A stretch of DNA of 18,857 nt from NCBI GenBank assembly GCA_964010765.1, contig CAXGMD010000068.1, forward strand, positions 1 through 18,857, given 5' to 3'. The translations under genes were made by a program, and so were the position numbers. Source of the DNA: an uncultured bacterium. GTDB taxonomy: Bacteria > SAR324 > NAC60-12. The notes under the pieces were generated by a model, which was not told the origin of the DNA, ran no database searches, and was given only the letters and a program-made list of their open reading frames with translations. How positions within the stretch are numbered: position 1 is the stretch's first letter; every line of letters begins with the position of its first letter. Below are positions 1-8,426 of the stretch, one piece after another.

Positions 1-2
1 TA

Positions 3-149
3 GATCGACACTACTATCGTGTGTTGCTCGATTCGATGGTTAACGATCTGTATGATCTGAAGCGAAAACAACTCAAACTGTTAAAAGAAGCTTGGTCAGC
101 CGCAGAAAATTCTGAGACCTCAAAACCAGACTGGAAAAGCCATATTTAA
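3..149 (+). CDS. 3' end of a hypothetical protein running in from the left edge (…DRHYYRVLLDSMVNDLYDLKRKQLKLLKEAWSAAENSETSKPDWKSHI*)
   Basis: Open frame from position 3 to TAA at 147-149, translated by hand; plausible helical composition; start lies outside the window. Confidence 0.5.
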   Translation, partial: DRHYYRVLLDSMVNDLYDLKRKQLKLLKEAWSAAENSETSKPDWKSHI

Positions 150-399
150 TCAGACCTGCCAGATTGCTTTTTGCTAACCTCAAGAGCACCTCCCTTCAAT
201 TAAACGAACTCTCGCAGATCAACCTAAAGCCCTACTTTTCATAACTAAATATTTCTTGTTTCCTGTTTCGGCCAACCCTTATTGTGGTCATTGTCCTCAA
301 TAGACTGGATGAATCTTAAAGGTACACTTCAATCAATAAGGTCCAAAGTGAGTTCGAAGTGAAGCTGAAATCAATGAGATCAAAAGAAAGGATCTACAA

Positions 400-726
400 A
401 TGCCTCAGAAGATGTCCTTGCTGGATGCTGTACCCAACTCAGGGGGGGACTTAGAAGAAGCAGCACTGCTTCATGCCTATGATCAAAGTTGGCAATTATA
501 CGCAAGAGCCTGTGATCTCAGACCAGTCTCGAGTATAAATGAAACTAGGCGCATAGATTTTGAGAATTCGAGAGACCGAGAGCAAGAGGATGAACGTAAA
601 AAAGACCTCTGGCACATGCTGCAATATTCTGCAGGATTTCAGCATCTGATTGCCTCAAAGAGTGAACAGGTTATTCCATTCGAATTCTTGAAAAGAACAG
701 CATTCAGACGACACCTCAGACGATAA
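400..726 (+). CDS. hypothetical protein (108 aa), possibly a decayed remnant
   Basis: ORF track; AAGGA precedes the ATG; no recognisable motif. Confidence 0.3.
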   Translation: MPQKMSLLDAVPNSGGDLEEAALLHAYDQSWQLYARACDLRPVSSINETRRIDFENSRDREQEDERKKDLWHMLQYSAGFQHLIASKSEQVIPFEFLKRTAFRRHLRR

Positions 727-838
727 CAGTTGTGAAGCCCCCCTAAAGATTTTTTGCAGAAGCACAAAAGCGTTGGGCACAGACCAATGGATTAATATTC
801 CCCTGCTTGCACCCACGCCGATTCAGGTTTCTCAGGTT

Positions 839-889
839 GAGGGGGTTCCTCTGCCCCTTCACGGGTGAGGCGTTTTCTGTGCGCCTCAT
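839..889. terminator. two adjacent hairpins between convergent ORFs, candidate terminator
   Basis: GAGGGGG-N8-CCCCTTC and TGAGGCG-N9-CGCCTCA lie between the stops of 400..726(+) and 913..1197(-); U-tracts are weak. Confidence 0.35.
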
Positions 890-912
890 CTACCACAACT
901 TTTAGTTAAATT

Positions 913-1197
913 TCAGCTAATGTGCTTGAAAGCTACTTCACCAACGTGAGTAGTCACTTCTTTCACACGATTTTTGTGTTTGCCCATCATTTCATCACGA
1001 ACTATTTGCGTTTTTTCAATTGTCTCTTGATTGGGATAAACCGAACTGCTGATCATTGTTGTAGGACCAATTCTAGAATTCAGAGTGAGTTCACTGTCTG
1101 GGTAATTTTCATTAAAGGACTCGACATATTCAGCGTGCATAATGTCCAAATCTTCTTTGGTATGTGTTTCAAGAATTGTTGTTCTGCAGATACTCAT
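913..1197 (-). CDS. small hypothetical protein (94 aa), likely dimeric alpha+beta barrel (ferredoxin-like) fold
   Basis: AAGGAG RBS 6 nt before the ATG; beta-alpha-beta-beta-alpha-beta-like pattern ending in 'VKEVTTHVGEV'. Fold is inference. Confidence 0.8.
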   Translation of the reverse strand: MSICRTTILETHTKEDLDIMHAEYVESFNENYPDSELTLNSRIGPTTMISSSVYPNQETIEKTQIVRDEMMGKHKNRVKEVTTHVGEVAFKHIS

Positions 1198-1268
1198 ATT
1201 TACTCCTTGTTGAATTTTAGGGACGCAAATGTCGGAGCTCAGAGCTGGCTTGCTCTTGGCAGTTCAAC

Positions 1269-1296
1269 TTATCAATTCATAGATAGAGATTGTCAA
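1269..1296 (-). promoter_or_regulatory. possible sigma70-type promoter for 913..1197
   Basis: Perfect TTGACA on the minus strand at 1296-1291; only a weak -10 (GATAAG at 17-nt spacing). Confidence 0.3.
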
Positions 1297-1448
1297 GAAT
1301 TTAGACCAAAGTCGGATCGATCCAGACGATGACCATGAGTCGTTATCCAGCGCAATGACTGGGTACGGTCAGAAATGAAGGCGAATGGTTGGTCGGAATA
1401 ACTTTGGGAGATGATTCAGGAAGCCACAGTCATTTGCGGAATAGAGTT

Positions 1449-1474
1449 GCAGTTCCACTTGAATATGGAACTGC
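1449..1474 (-). terminator. 9-bp hairpin 15 nt downstream of the SnoaL-like gene
   Basis: GCAGTTCCA-N8-TGGAACTGC perfect stem; poor U-tract. Confidence 0.4.
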
Positions 1475-1489
1475 GGCGCTGTCGAGAAG

Positions 1490-1864
1490 TTACATGGCCT
1501 TCATGACGGAAGCTAATTTTTGCGAATCATCAAGAATATGAAACTCAACCGTTTTCCCATTCTGAATTTTGTATAGATGTCCAAAATCACCTTGCATTCC
1601 TTCTGCTGTACCATGCACTAAAGCAAAGACGTAATCGCCTTCTGCAACCATCAGCTTTGGTTCTACTTTAAAATTCTCAAAATGACTTGGAATGTGTGCA
1701 AGAAAATCATTGATGAAGCTATCAGGTCCATGATAGGTCCCTGAAAACTTATGCATACCATTCACTTTGATGACTGCTTTTTCATGCATCAAAGATTTGA
1801 TAGTACCCATGTCTCCAGCAGCAAAACTGTCATATCCTTTTTGAACAACTTCTTTGGGTGTCAT
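1490..1864 (-). CDS. SnoaL-like / NTF2-family protein (124 aa)
   Basis: 'EVVQKGYDSFAAGDM', 'SGTYHGPD', 'MVAEGDYV' and 'HLYKIQNGK' are typical of SnoaL/KSI-like proteins; GGAG RBS. Confidence 0.9.
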   Translation of the reverse strand: MTPKEVVQKGYDSFAAGDMGTIKSLMHEKAVIKVNGMHKFSGTYHGPDSFINDFLAHIPSHFENFKVEPKLMVAEGDYVFALVHGTAEGMQGDFGHLYKIQNGKTVEFHILDDSQKLASVMKAM

Positions 1865-2103
1865 GTCATCTCCAATTTTAGGGTGTTGAAAATATTTGAG
1901 GTAAGTTTCGGCAAATTCTGCTGAAACGTCTGAAAAATAATAATTCTTTTGAGATTATTTTCAATCTATTAGTTGGAAGCAAACATATAGTAATGAATGG
2001 ATATGCCAGCCAAGATGGTAGGCCCTGCTTTTCAAGAAATGCAACTGTAGTTGGACACCTTTCGCAGGAACTACAAGGATTCAATAGTTCCAGTTTCGTA
2101 TCG

Positions 2104-2401
2104 TTAGCCCCGTCTTACTTGAATTGGTAAGACTCCCGTCCCTGTGTCCAATCCTCTGCCCATTCCAGAGGGGAAGACGTTTAAGCTGGCACCGTAACAT
2201 AGTAGGCGATAGCCATCAGCTTCAAAGAGGAGGTGAGCTTGTTCCAAGGCATCAAAATAGTCGATTCTCCGACCCTCGGTTGCTCGTCCTTCACAGGTAA
2301 CACTAACTCTACATTCACCATACTTAACATCCTCCCATTCGACTCTTGCTTCCGCCTTGCTCCCATCAGGACACAGCAAGGGTAGATGTGATGGTCGTCA
2401 T
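2104..2401 (-). pseudogene. degraded hypothetical protein gene
   Basis: Core 'DYFDALEQAHLLFEADGYRLLCYGASLNVFPSGMGR' looks like a real conserved bacterial hypothetical. The nearest ATG (2401) is out of frame with the core and the C-terminus appears frameshifted. Confidence 0.5.
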
Positions 2402-2449
2402 TGGGTCTTAAGATTTTTCTTTGGTCGCTAGTTGCCTCTTGAAAGCTTC

Positions 2450-2890
2450 CTAAAGCTTATGAATAACATGCCGTACCACTCCCCAAATTTGAAAATCATC
2501 ATCAACTGAAATGGGAATGCTGTCATAGTCTGGATTCTCCGGCTGTAGCTCAAAACACTCCCTTGTCTGCACCAGTCGCTTGAGAGTGAATTCCCCGTTG
2601 AGAGAAGCAATCACAACTTTTCCATTGGGTTTCTTCTTGGAGCGATCCACGATCAGTAAATCCTGATCAAAGATGCCTGCGCCAGTCATCGAGTCCCCAT
2701 TGGCACGGACAAAGAAAACATTGTTGGGGTCTGGAATCAGATAATGATGTAGGTTGAGATAACCGTCGTAGTAATCCTGAGCAGGGCTGGGAAATCCTGC
2801 GGAGACCATCGATTCAAACAATGGGCGCTGGTACTGATCTGCAATTGGGGAATGAACAGGCAGGACGAAGGTGAATGACAATAGGTTCAT
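2450..2890 (-). CDS. umuD: UmuD/RumA-like S24 peptidase, translesion polymerase V accessory subunit (146 aa)
   Basis: Ala-Gly cleavage site 'VSAGFPSPAQDY', catalytic Ser in 'GDSM', catalytic Lys in 'FTLKRL', C-terminal 'IWGVV'; no LexA DNA-binding domain. Confidence 0.92.
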   Translation of the reverse strand: MNLLSFTFVLPVHSPIADQYQRPLFESMVSAGFPSPAQDYYDGYLNLHHYLIPDPNNVFFVRANGDSMTGAGIFDQDLLIVDRSKKKPNGKVVIASLNGEFTLKRLVQTRECFELQPENPDYDSIPISVDDDFQIWGVVRHVIHKL

Positions 2891-2902
2891 AAAAAGTTTT
2901 TG

Positions 2903-3292
2903 TCAGCTTTGCGTGTAATCTTCACAACGGTGTAAGTCGGCTTTGGCAACAGCTTCATCTCTAAGTTTCATGTTTTTAGCTGAAGATGGCGCTGTCATTA
3001 AATTCAGAAATGCTTGGTGTGAGGGATACCAAATCCCCAAAACCTCATCGATATCTTGAGTGCCAACTACCTGTCCAAAAACTTCTGTCCTCCAGAGAAT
3101 CTTTCCACCAACTTCTTTTAGCAATTGCTGAAGAACTTTCATGTAGGCTTGATACAACTTTCCGGTTGGGTAATCAGCAACATCCCGATACTTGTTGAGA
3201 TTTAACATAAAAACAGCATCGTCTTGACTCCCGTGGGCAATCACTTTCATCTTTTCAATTTCGGTCAAATTGACACTTGGCAGTTCAGCCAT
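2903..3292 (-). CDS. DUF1330-like dimeric alpha+beta barrel protein (129 aa)
   Basis: 'VFMLNLNKYRDVADY', 'VGGKILW', 'DEVLGIWYPSHQAFLNL' match the DUF1330-related pattern; GAGG RBS. Confidence 0.85.
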   Translation of the reverse strand: MAELPSVNLTEIEKMKVIAHGSQDDAVFMLNLNKYRDVADYPTGKLYQAYMKVLQQLLKEVGGKILWRTEVFGQVVGTQDIDEVLGIWYPSHQAFLNLMTAPSSAKNMKLRDEAVAKADLHRCEDYTQS

Positions 3293-3401
3293 TTTTGCCT
3301 CTTGTAATTCTGGGGTGAATATGGTGTGTGATCCTTAGCATCTATGAGGGATTTGAAACTGGGAGGGATCCGGTTGGATGGGATCTCAGGTGTTTGGTGG
3401 A

Positions 3402-3659
3402 TTAAGAAATTTTCTCAAGCGCATAGACATCAGCAACAGCATTGTTTGCTGCATTCCATTCTTGAACCTTTGGTGATGACATGACGTTTTGGAGGCCTTC
3501 CATATCAGTCACATTCAACAGTCCAACTGCCGTATTGTCATTCATTTTTGTCACTTCCCACGCAGAAGTGTAGCGGCGCACATCATCTCCTACCTCCGCC
3601 AGCATTGCCGTAAACTCTTCGTAAGAACAATCAAACTTTGTCACGATACAAATATTCAT
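3402..3659 (-). CDS. small hypothetical protein (85 aa), likely alpha+beta barrel type
   Basis: ATG at 3659 (MNICIVTKFDCSYEEF…) preferred over the TTG at 3692, which lies inside a hairpin; 'VTDMEGLQNVMSSPKVQEWN'. Confidence 0.8.
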   Translation of the reverse strand: MNICIVTKFDCSYEEFTAMLAEVGDDVRRYTSAWEVTKMNDNTAVGLLNVTDMEGLQNVMSSPKVQEWNAANNAVADVYALEKIS

Positions 3660-3683
3660 AGAATTCTCTTGATCAGAGGATTG

Positions 3684-3706
3684 GGGATTCAATCGAATTG
3701 AATCCC
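3684..3706. terminator. perfect 10-bp intergenic hairpin
   Basis: GGGATTCAAT-CGA-ATTGAATCCC, 16 nt past the stop of 3723..4052; no U-tract, so it may be a stability element or operator instead. Confidence 0.4.
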
Positions 3707-3722
3707 GTTGAAGCAGTCGAGA

Positions 3723-4052
3723 TCATTTCAGAGGAGTCGCCCCTGTTTCTAGTCGAGTGACTTGGCCATCCCTGATCGTATGAACACTCATTAAAGCCTC
3801 CTTGCTTCCGTCTGGATACTCATTGAATTCGTGAGCAACCCCAATCTCATCATTTTCGTAAATCACCCTGAAGTCCTTGGTGATAACAGTTGGTGCACCG
3901 GGTTTGAACCAATCCCAACCAAGCATTTCTGCTTTGGTGACTTCCGTTCCACTTTGATGACGTACAAAAACAAAATCATCAGCCATCAATTTATCCAAAG
4001 TTTCCAAATCTTTTGCATTAAAAGCATCATGTAAATCTTTCATTAGTCCCAT
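3723..4052 (-). CDS. NTF2/SnoaL-like protein (109 aa)
   Basis: 'DAFNAKDLETLDKLMADDFVFVRHQ', 'RVIYENDEIGVAH', 'VHTIRDGQVTRLETGATP'. Confidence 0.88.
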   Translation of the reverse strand: MGLMKDLHDAFNAKDLETLDKLMADDFVFVRHQSGTEVTKAEMLGWDWFKPGAPTVITKDFRVIYENDEIGVAHEFNEYPDGSKEALMSVHTIRDGQVTRLETGATPLK

Positions 4053-4086
4053 TCTTACCTATCCCAGTTAGAGTATGAGATCCTAT

Positions 4087-4416
4087 TTATTGATTTGGCG
4101 CCTGATACGCAGAAACCACTTTGTTGGCAGTTTCCATTGCAGAGGTCATTGACTTGGAATCAATGATTTCGATCGCTTCAAAAGAGCTAAAGGTTCCAGT
4201 TGATGAAGTAACCATTTCAACAGCGGCCATGTTTTCTGCACTGCCTTCCATGATCGCCACGATCTCAGCACTGCTCACACTGAAGTAGAGGTTATGCATT
4301 TTAACATTGAGTGCAGAAAATAGTTTATTGGCAGCCTCCTCCCGATCTTGGGGGTTATCAACCATCCCCTTGAATGCCGCATTGCTATACTTTGCTCTCG
4401 CCAGATAAAGCGCCAT
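4087..4416 (-). CDS. GYD-domain protein (109 aa)
   Basis: 'YLARAKYSNAAFKGMVDNPQDREEAANKLFSALNVKMHNLYF' is the GYD-family N-terminus, although the GxYD signature itself is diverged; TAAGGAG RBS. Confidence 0.85.
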   Translation of the reverse strand: MALYLARAKYSNAAFKGMVDNPQDREEAANKLFSALNVKMHNLYFSVSSAEIVAIMEGSAENMAAVEMVTSSTGTFSSFEAIEIIDSKSMTSAMETANKVVSAYQAPNQ

Positions 4417-4572
4417 GATTTCTCCTTACTTTTGGGTATATGATTGTGATGCGAGTATGAACGCATCAATGAATGTAGTCCAAATAAATAGTCAGTAGAG
4501 GAAAATCTCAATAGGTTTCTTCAACCATCAGCAGGTTCCACAGAACCAAGTTCTGAGACTCAACGGGGTGGC

Positions 4573-4653
4573 TCAATCACACAACGCCTCACAGAGCACC
4601 CCATCCTTATCACCATCCAGTCGACTGAGTCCACATTGACTGAAATAATAGAC
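4573..4653 (-). pseudogene. isolated 3' remnant of an Excalibur Ca-binding-domain gene
   Basis: Hand translation VYYFSQCGLSRLDGDKDGVLCEALCD* matches the Excalibur CG…LDxDxDGxxCE motif; no start or upstream body. Confidence 0.8.
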
Positions 4654-5259
4654 GCCTGTACTAGTCTGCAATGGAAGGTTGATCAGACAGGATGAAGGTG
4701 ATTTCTGAAAAGTTCATGTAAGGGTCTTGGATATTGAAATTAATGGGTTGAGACTAATCAAAATTTGAGCAGTGAAACCTAAATTTTTGCAACGAGTCCT
4801 AAAATATGATCAACACTTCTAACAGTATCACTGGAGAATTGTCTGTAGATTCTGCAAGAATACTCTCTGTGTGTCTGAATTAAAATTTGAGTGATCGAAA
4901 TGAACTCACAAATTTCTTGTCGAACAAGCCTAATTTTACTAAAAGTGAAAGCAAGAAATTCATTATCAAAAAAAATTACTCCAAAATAAATTTTTATTGA
5001 TAATTCTTAATGGCCTCTTTTTCTAGGTAAGTGCACAAGCAATTGCAATTGGCTAATAAACTAAGGGTTCGTGATAAATTTTGTTATGCCTTACATCTGC
5101 CAAAATCAGTTTCCTTCGAAAAGTATGGAAATAATCGGTACCATATGACTGCAGTATGTTCATCAGCGTTAAATTGTCTTCACTACAGAAATTCGTCGAA
5201 TCACTGAGTCCTTTATCTCTGTAAAAAACTTATTTAATTAATTCAACCTAAAAAGATTT

Positions 5260-6072
5260 ATGAAAAATTTGGAACTGAAGAAAAAATTAAAAGAAGGTGA
5301 TTTAGTCTTGGGTACACTCATCATTTCAACATCACCTTTTTGGCCAAAAATCTTGAAAGATTGCTCACTAGACTTCATCTTTATTGACACTGAGCACATA
5401 GCTATAAGTCGTGAAACGCTATCTTGGATGTGTAGAACATATTCAGCAATGGGTCTTCCTCCCTTAGTGAGAATGAAATCTCCAGATCAGTATATTGCTA
5501 CTGAGTTTTTAGATGACGGGGCAGCAGGAATTATTTCACCGTATACCGAGACTGTCACTCAAGTCAAAGAATTGGTAGGTTCTACCAAAAAGAGACCGCT
5601 AAAGGGTGATAAATTAAACCAATTAATGGCAGGTACAAAAAACTTAGATGAATCACTAGATGATTATATTCATAAATTTAATGGGGACAATTTATTAGTA
5701 TTAAATATTGAGAGTGAACCTGCTGTAGAAAATCTTGACAAAATTTTAGATATTGAAGGCATTGATGCTATTCAAATTGGACCACATGACCTTACAACAA
5801 GTTTAGGAATTCCTGAGGAGTATGATAATCCCATTTACCTAAACACTATTGAGATAGTTTTCAAGAAAGCCAGATCAAAATCTGTTGGAGCAGGCATTCA
5901 TGCTTGGGGTACTCCTGAGTATCAAAAAAGATTACTGGACCTTGGTGCAAATATGCTAATCCACAAGGCAGATGCTCTCTTCTTTAGGGACGGATTAGAG
6001 AATGACCTTAATGAAATTAGGAGCTTAGTTGGTGAGAATAACGTCAGTAGAAGAGAGAATATTAGTATCTGA
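5260..6072 (+). CDS. HpcH/HpaI aldolase family protein (270 aa)
   Basis: 'DFIFIDTEH', 'PLVR', 'LDDGAAGIISPY', 'NIES', 'IGPHDLTTSLG'; visibly more AT-rich than its neighbours. Confidence 0.92.
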   Translation: MKNLELKKKLKEGDLVLGTLIISTSPFWPKILKDCSLDFIFIDTEHIAISRETLSWMCRTYSAMGLPPLVRMKSPDQYIATEFLDDGAAGIISPYTETVTQVKELVGSTKKRPLKGDKLNQLMAGTKNLDESLDDYIHKFNGDNLLVLNIESEPAVENLDKILDIEGIDAIQIGPHDLTTSLGIPEEYDNPIYLNTIEIVFKKARSKSVGAGIHAWGTPEYQKRLLDLGANMLIHKADALFFRDGLENDLNEIRSLVGENNVSRRENISI

Positions 6073-6333
6073 AAAAATATTATTTTTTTGAGTAAAATTT
6101 ATGATTTTATGCATCTGAGCAAATAAAAATGGTTACTTGATCCCACATAAATTGATAAGTGGGCGGTCTGCAACTAAAGATACGATAGAAAATCATATGT
6201 CTTGAAAAATACTTATTTGAACATAGATATATCAATATCGAATTTCTATAGAACAATTGAAAAATTCAATGGCCAACTTCCAATTTATATTGGCATCTCA
6301 ATGCACTTTCGCAAAGAGATCGGGGAACACACA

Positions 6334-6872
6334 ATGAGGACTACAACCAGATTGAAAATCTTGATTACACTGGCTGGGATCTTCTTTCTGGTATATTCAA
6401 ACAACTTGCTAGCTTGTCATGAATCTGATTTTGATGGAGAAGAACTTTTGGTGGGTACTTATTTGGAGGTCACACTGGAGACAATAAAATGGGAAGGGCT
6501 GTTTCGGTGAGAGAAAATATCAAAATATTGACCGGAAACATCACTCAGGCGACCACCATTACCTCCAATTACACGATTGATACTTTCGCGACAACTACAA
6601 ACTGCAACTGGCGTACTGCCAATATCCAGAAGTTCTTCAATGATAGTTACTGGCAGATCGCAGAAGAGAGTGCCCAAGGATCTGGAAGGCATCTGGAAGC
6701 ATTAGCCTCACTAACTGGATGTTCTGTTGACCAGCACGCCACCTTTGAGACTGTCATTCACCACAACCATGCATACATCTTTGCGTACAAAGACTACGAT
6801 GGTTCCATCAACAACTTCTTCACAGTCCTCAACACAGACAAAGATCTGAAGCAGTGTTTTGGACATTCGTAG
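6334..6872 (+). pseudogene. frameshifted secreted DUF3015-like protein
   Basis: The signal-peptide frame (MRTTTRLKILITLAGIFFLVYSNNLLA, ATG 6334) stops at 6510. The domain frame ('QIAEESAQGSGRHLEALASLTGC') is open from 6435 to 6872. A single frameshift between 6435 and ~6508 joins them. Confidence 0.7.
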
Positions 6873-6884
6873 GCATTACGCTGC

Positions 6885-7647
6885 TCAATCACTCAGCGCC
6901 TCACAAGGCAAACCCTCACCATCCCTATCTAGATTCTTCATCCCACACTAGGTTTGTAAAGCCTTGGCCTCATCACAAATAATCATCTTCTTGCAAGTAC
7001 CTCTTGGCGGAGCAATTCACTTGCGCCACGCGTAACTTGGTGCTGAATGGATTGATCGCACCACCACACTCCTCTGCCATCAGTGGCATCTCTGCATCAA
7101 CCCCCAGAATCACGCTGAGAGCAACAATTTCCTTGGCATCACCAGTCAAACCCCACTTCAGTTTCAAAGCCACCCAAGCTCTCGCATACTCTGCTTGATA
7201 TGATTGATTGGGAGGCAGCCAATCTGCTGGATCATCAGCGCCCTTCTGCCGGTTGAGGCCTCGATCCACGGCAATGAGGGTGTTCGGGTCACTCAGATCA
7301 TTGGCGTAGTCTCGCTTTCTTTAAGCATCCCAAGCAATCCCACCAGATTCATGTGCTTCCTTCAGAGGCACCATGTGATCAATGTCCAACTTACTGGCAT
7401 CCGTGATGGTTCTGCCAGAATACGGGTCATTTCCGCTTCCTGAGATCACTCGACAACCCTTTGAGGTCTTGAACCCAACCGTCGAGAAGGACTCCGCGAT
7501 CAGCAATTAATGACGAGCATTCTGGCAATCACGATCTTCGTCAATCCAGTGGCGGTAGCTCTTGCGGTCGTATTTTGGGCAAATAGCAGAATCCGCAAGA
7601 ACAGTTGTTGTCAGTAGTAGGAATAGTATTGTCAGTAGTGTCTGCAT
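6885..7647 (-). pseudogene. secreted DUF1524/HNH-type nuclease with C-terminal Excalibur domain, inactivated
   Basis: Signal peptide MQTLLTILFLLLTTTVLA, then 'HWIDEDRDCQNARH*', 'DPYSG', 'LDIDHMVPLKEAH', 'DA*RKRDYAND', 'NRQKGADDPADWLPPN'. In-frame TAA stops at 7507-7509 and 7321-7323. A frameshift near 6996 leads into 'CKKMIICDEAKALQT*CGMKNLDRDGEGLPCEALSD*'. Confidence 0.9.
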
Positions 7648-8027
7648 TATTTGTAGTCTTCCCAGTTCCAGTCTTGGCCTTCGCTGGGGTCGTAGTCTAG
7701 TTCTCTACCATCAGTTTTCTGAGTAAATATTTTTCCATCTTTGTACGTGGCCTGAGTAGTAGCACAGCGGTATATCTCATAATCTTTGAATCGGCTGTAA
7801 ACTCTGATGGTCAGATTCTCCTCACTTTCAGACACGACTTCATAGGCACCAAGAACAATGGAATCACTAAGTGTTGAAACCACAACTTTATCGTCATTCA
7901 GATTGGATTTGATACCTGTCGTATGATCGATAGTTGAATATTCAGGATGATAAATTTCATCCACCAGTTAGAAATACCTTTTGAATCCAAGACGCCAAGC
8001 TTTCTCGTAGGCCTCTGCTCTAGTCAT
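7647..8027 (-). pseudogene. SnoaL/NTF2-like protein gene with one in-frame stop
   Basis: AAGGAG RBS and ATG at 8027 give MTRAEAYEKAWRLGFKRYF*LVDEIYHPEY…DPSEGQDWNWEDYK*. The TAA at codon 20 is in frame; the final stop overlaps the next ATG (TAATG at 7649-7645). Confidence 0.8.
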
Positions 8028-8031
8028 TTTC

Positions 8032-8092
8032 TCTCCTTATGCTGGTATCCGTGATTTGATTTCTGCGAAGAAATACCCCACCGACTGCTTGC
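8032..8092 (-). repeat. 61-bp dispersed direct repeat, copy A
   Basis: Ungapped hand alignment: 52/61 identical to copy C and 48/61 to copy B; ends in TAAGGAGA just before ATG 8027. Confidence 0.9.
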
Positions 8093-8101
8093 CTGCTCTA
8101 A

Positions 8102-8140
8102 TTATTCCCACAAACTTTGGATGATTTTCATTTGATTAAC
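8102..8140 (-). pseudogene. 3' remnant of a paralog of the 10438..10833 gene
   Basis: Translates VNQMKIIQSLWE* versus FNQMKVMQSLWD*, at the same distance from the 61-bp repeat. Confidence 0.8.
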
Positions 8141-8253
8141 TGGAACTTCATTGGACCGGCTGGTGTTGTCCTATTCCGCAAGTCTCTGCGGGAATCCTTT
8201 TTCGTGACAAAAGATCTCAAGCCCATAGCTGTTCATGATTTCATCAGCCGTAA

Positions 8254-8300
8254 TAGGACGTCATTTAGGACCTACTGTGTGACGTCATCTTAGGACATCA
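8254..8300. repeat. four phased 10-bp direct repeats (consensus TAGGACRTCA)
   Basis: TAGGACGTCA 8254, TAGGACCTAC 8266, TGTGACGTCA 8278, TAGGACATCA 8291; spacing 12/12/13 bp. Confidence 0.75.
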
Positions 8301-8426
8301 CTGGAAATTGGTTTGACTCAAGCTATCCAATATTCTTAAGTGATTGAGGTATGTTTTAGTTTTTTTACAAGAAATTTTCCGTAAACCGTGTACCAGCATA
8401 CTCAACAGCCAAACGAAATTTAACGT

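Noticed and set aside
1330..1490. Possible plus-strand gene remnant (…NDWVRSEMKANGWSE*LWEMIQEA…)
   Set aside because: Reads protein-like but is short, interrupted and not assignable without a search.
3345..3390. tRNA T-loop-like TTTCAAATCCC on the minus strand
   Set aside because: No convincing T-stem, acceptor stem or CCA around it.
922..4511. ORFs 922..1332, 1878..2084, 2181..2366, 2428..2610, 2986..3198, 3489..3701, 3831..4034 and 4275..4511
   Set aside because: They overlap better-supported genes or lack an RBS and protein-like composition.
6885..8027. Stop-codon reassignment explaining the in-frame TAA/TAG codons
   Set aside because: Neighbouring intact genes end normally in TAA, TAG and TGA, and a frameshift co-occurs, so decay is the simpler explanation.
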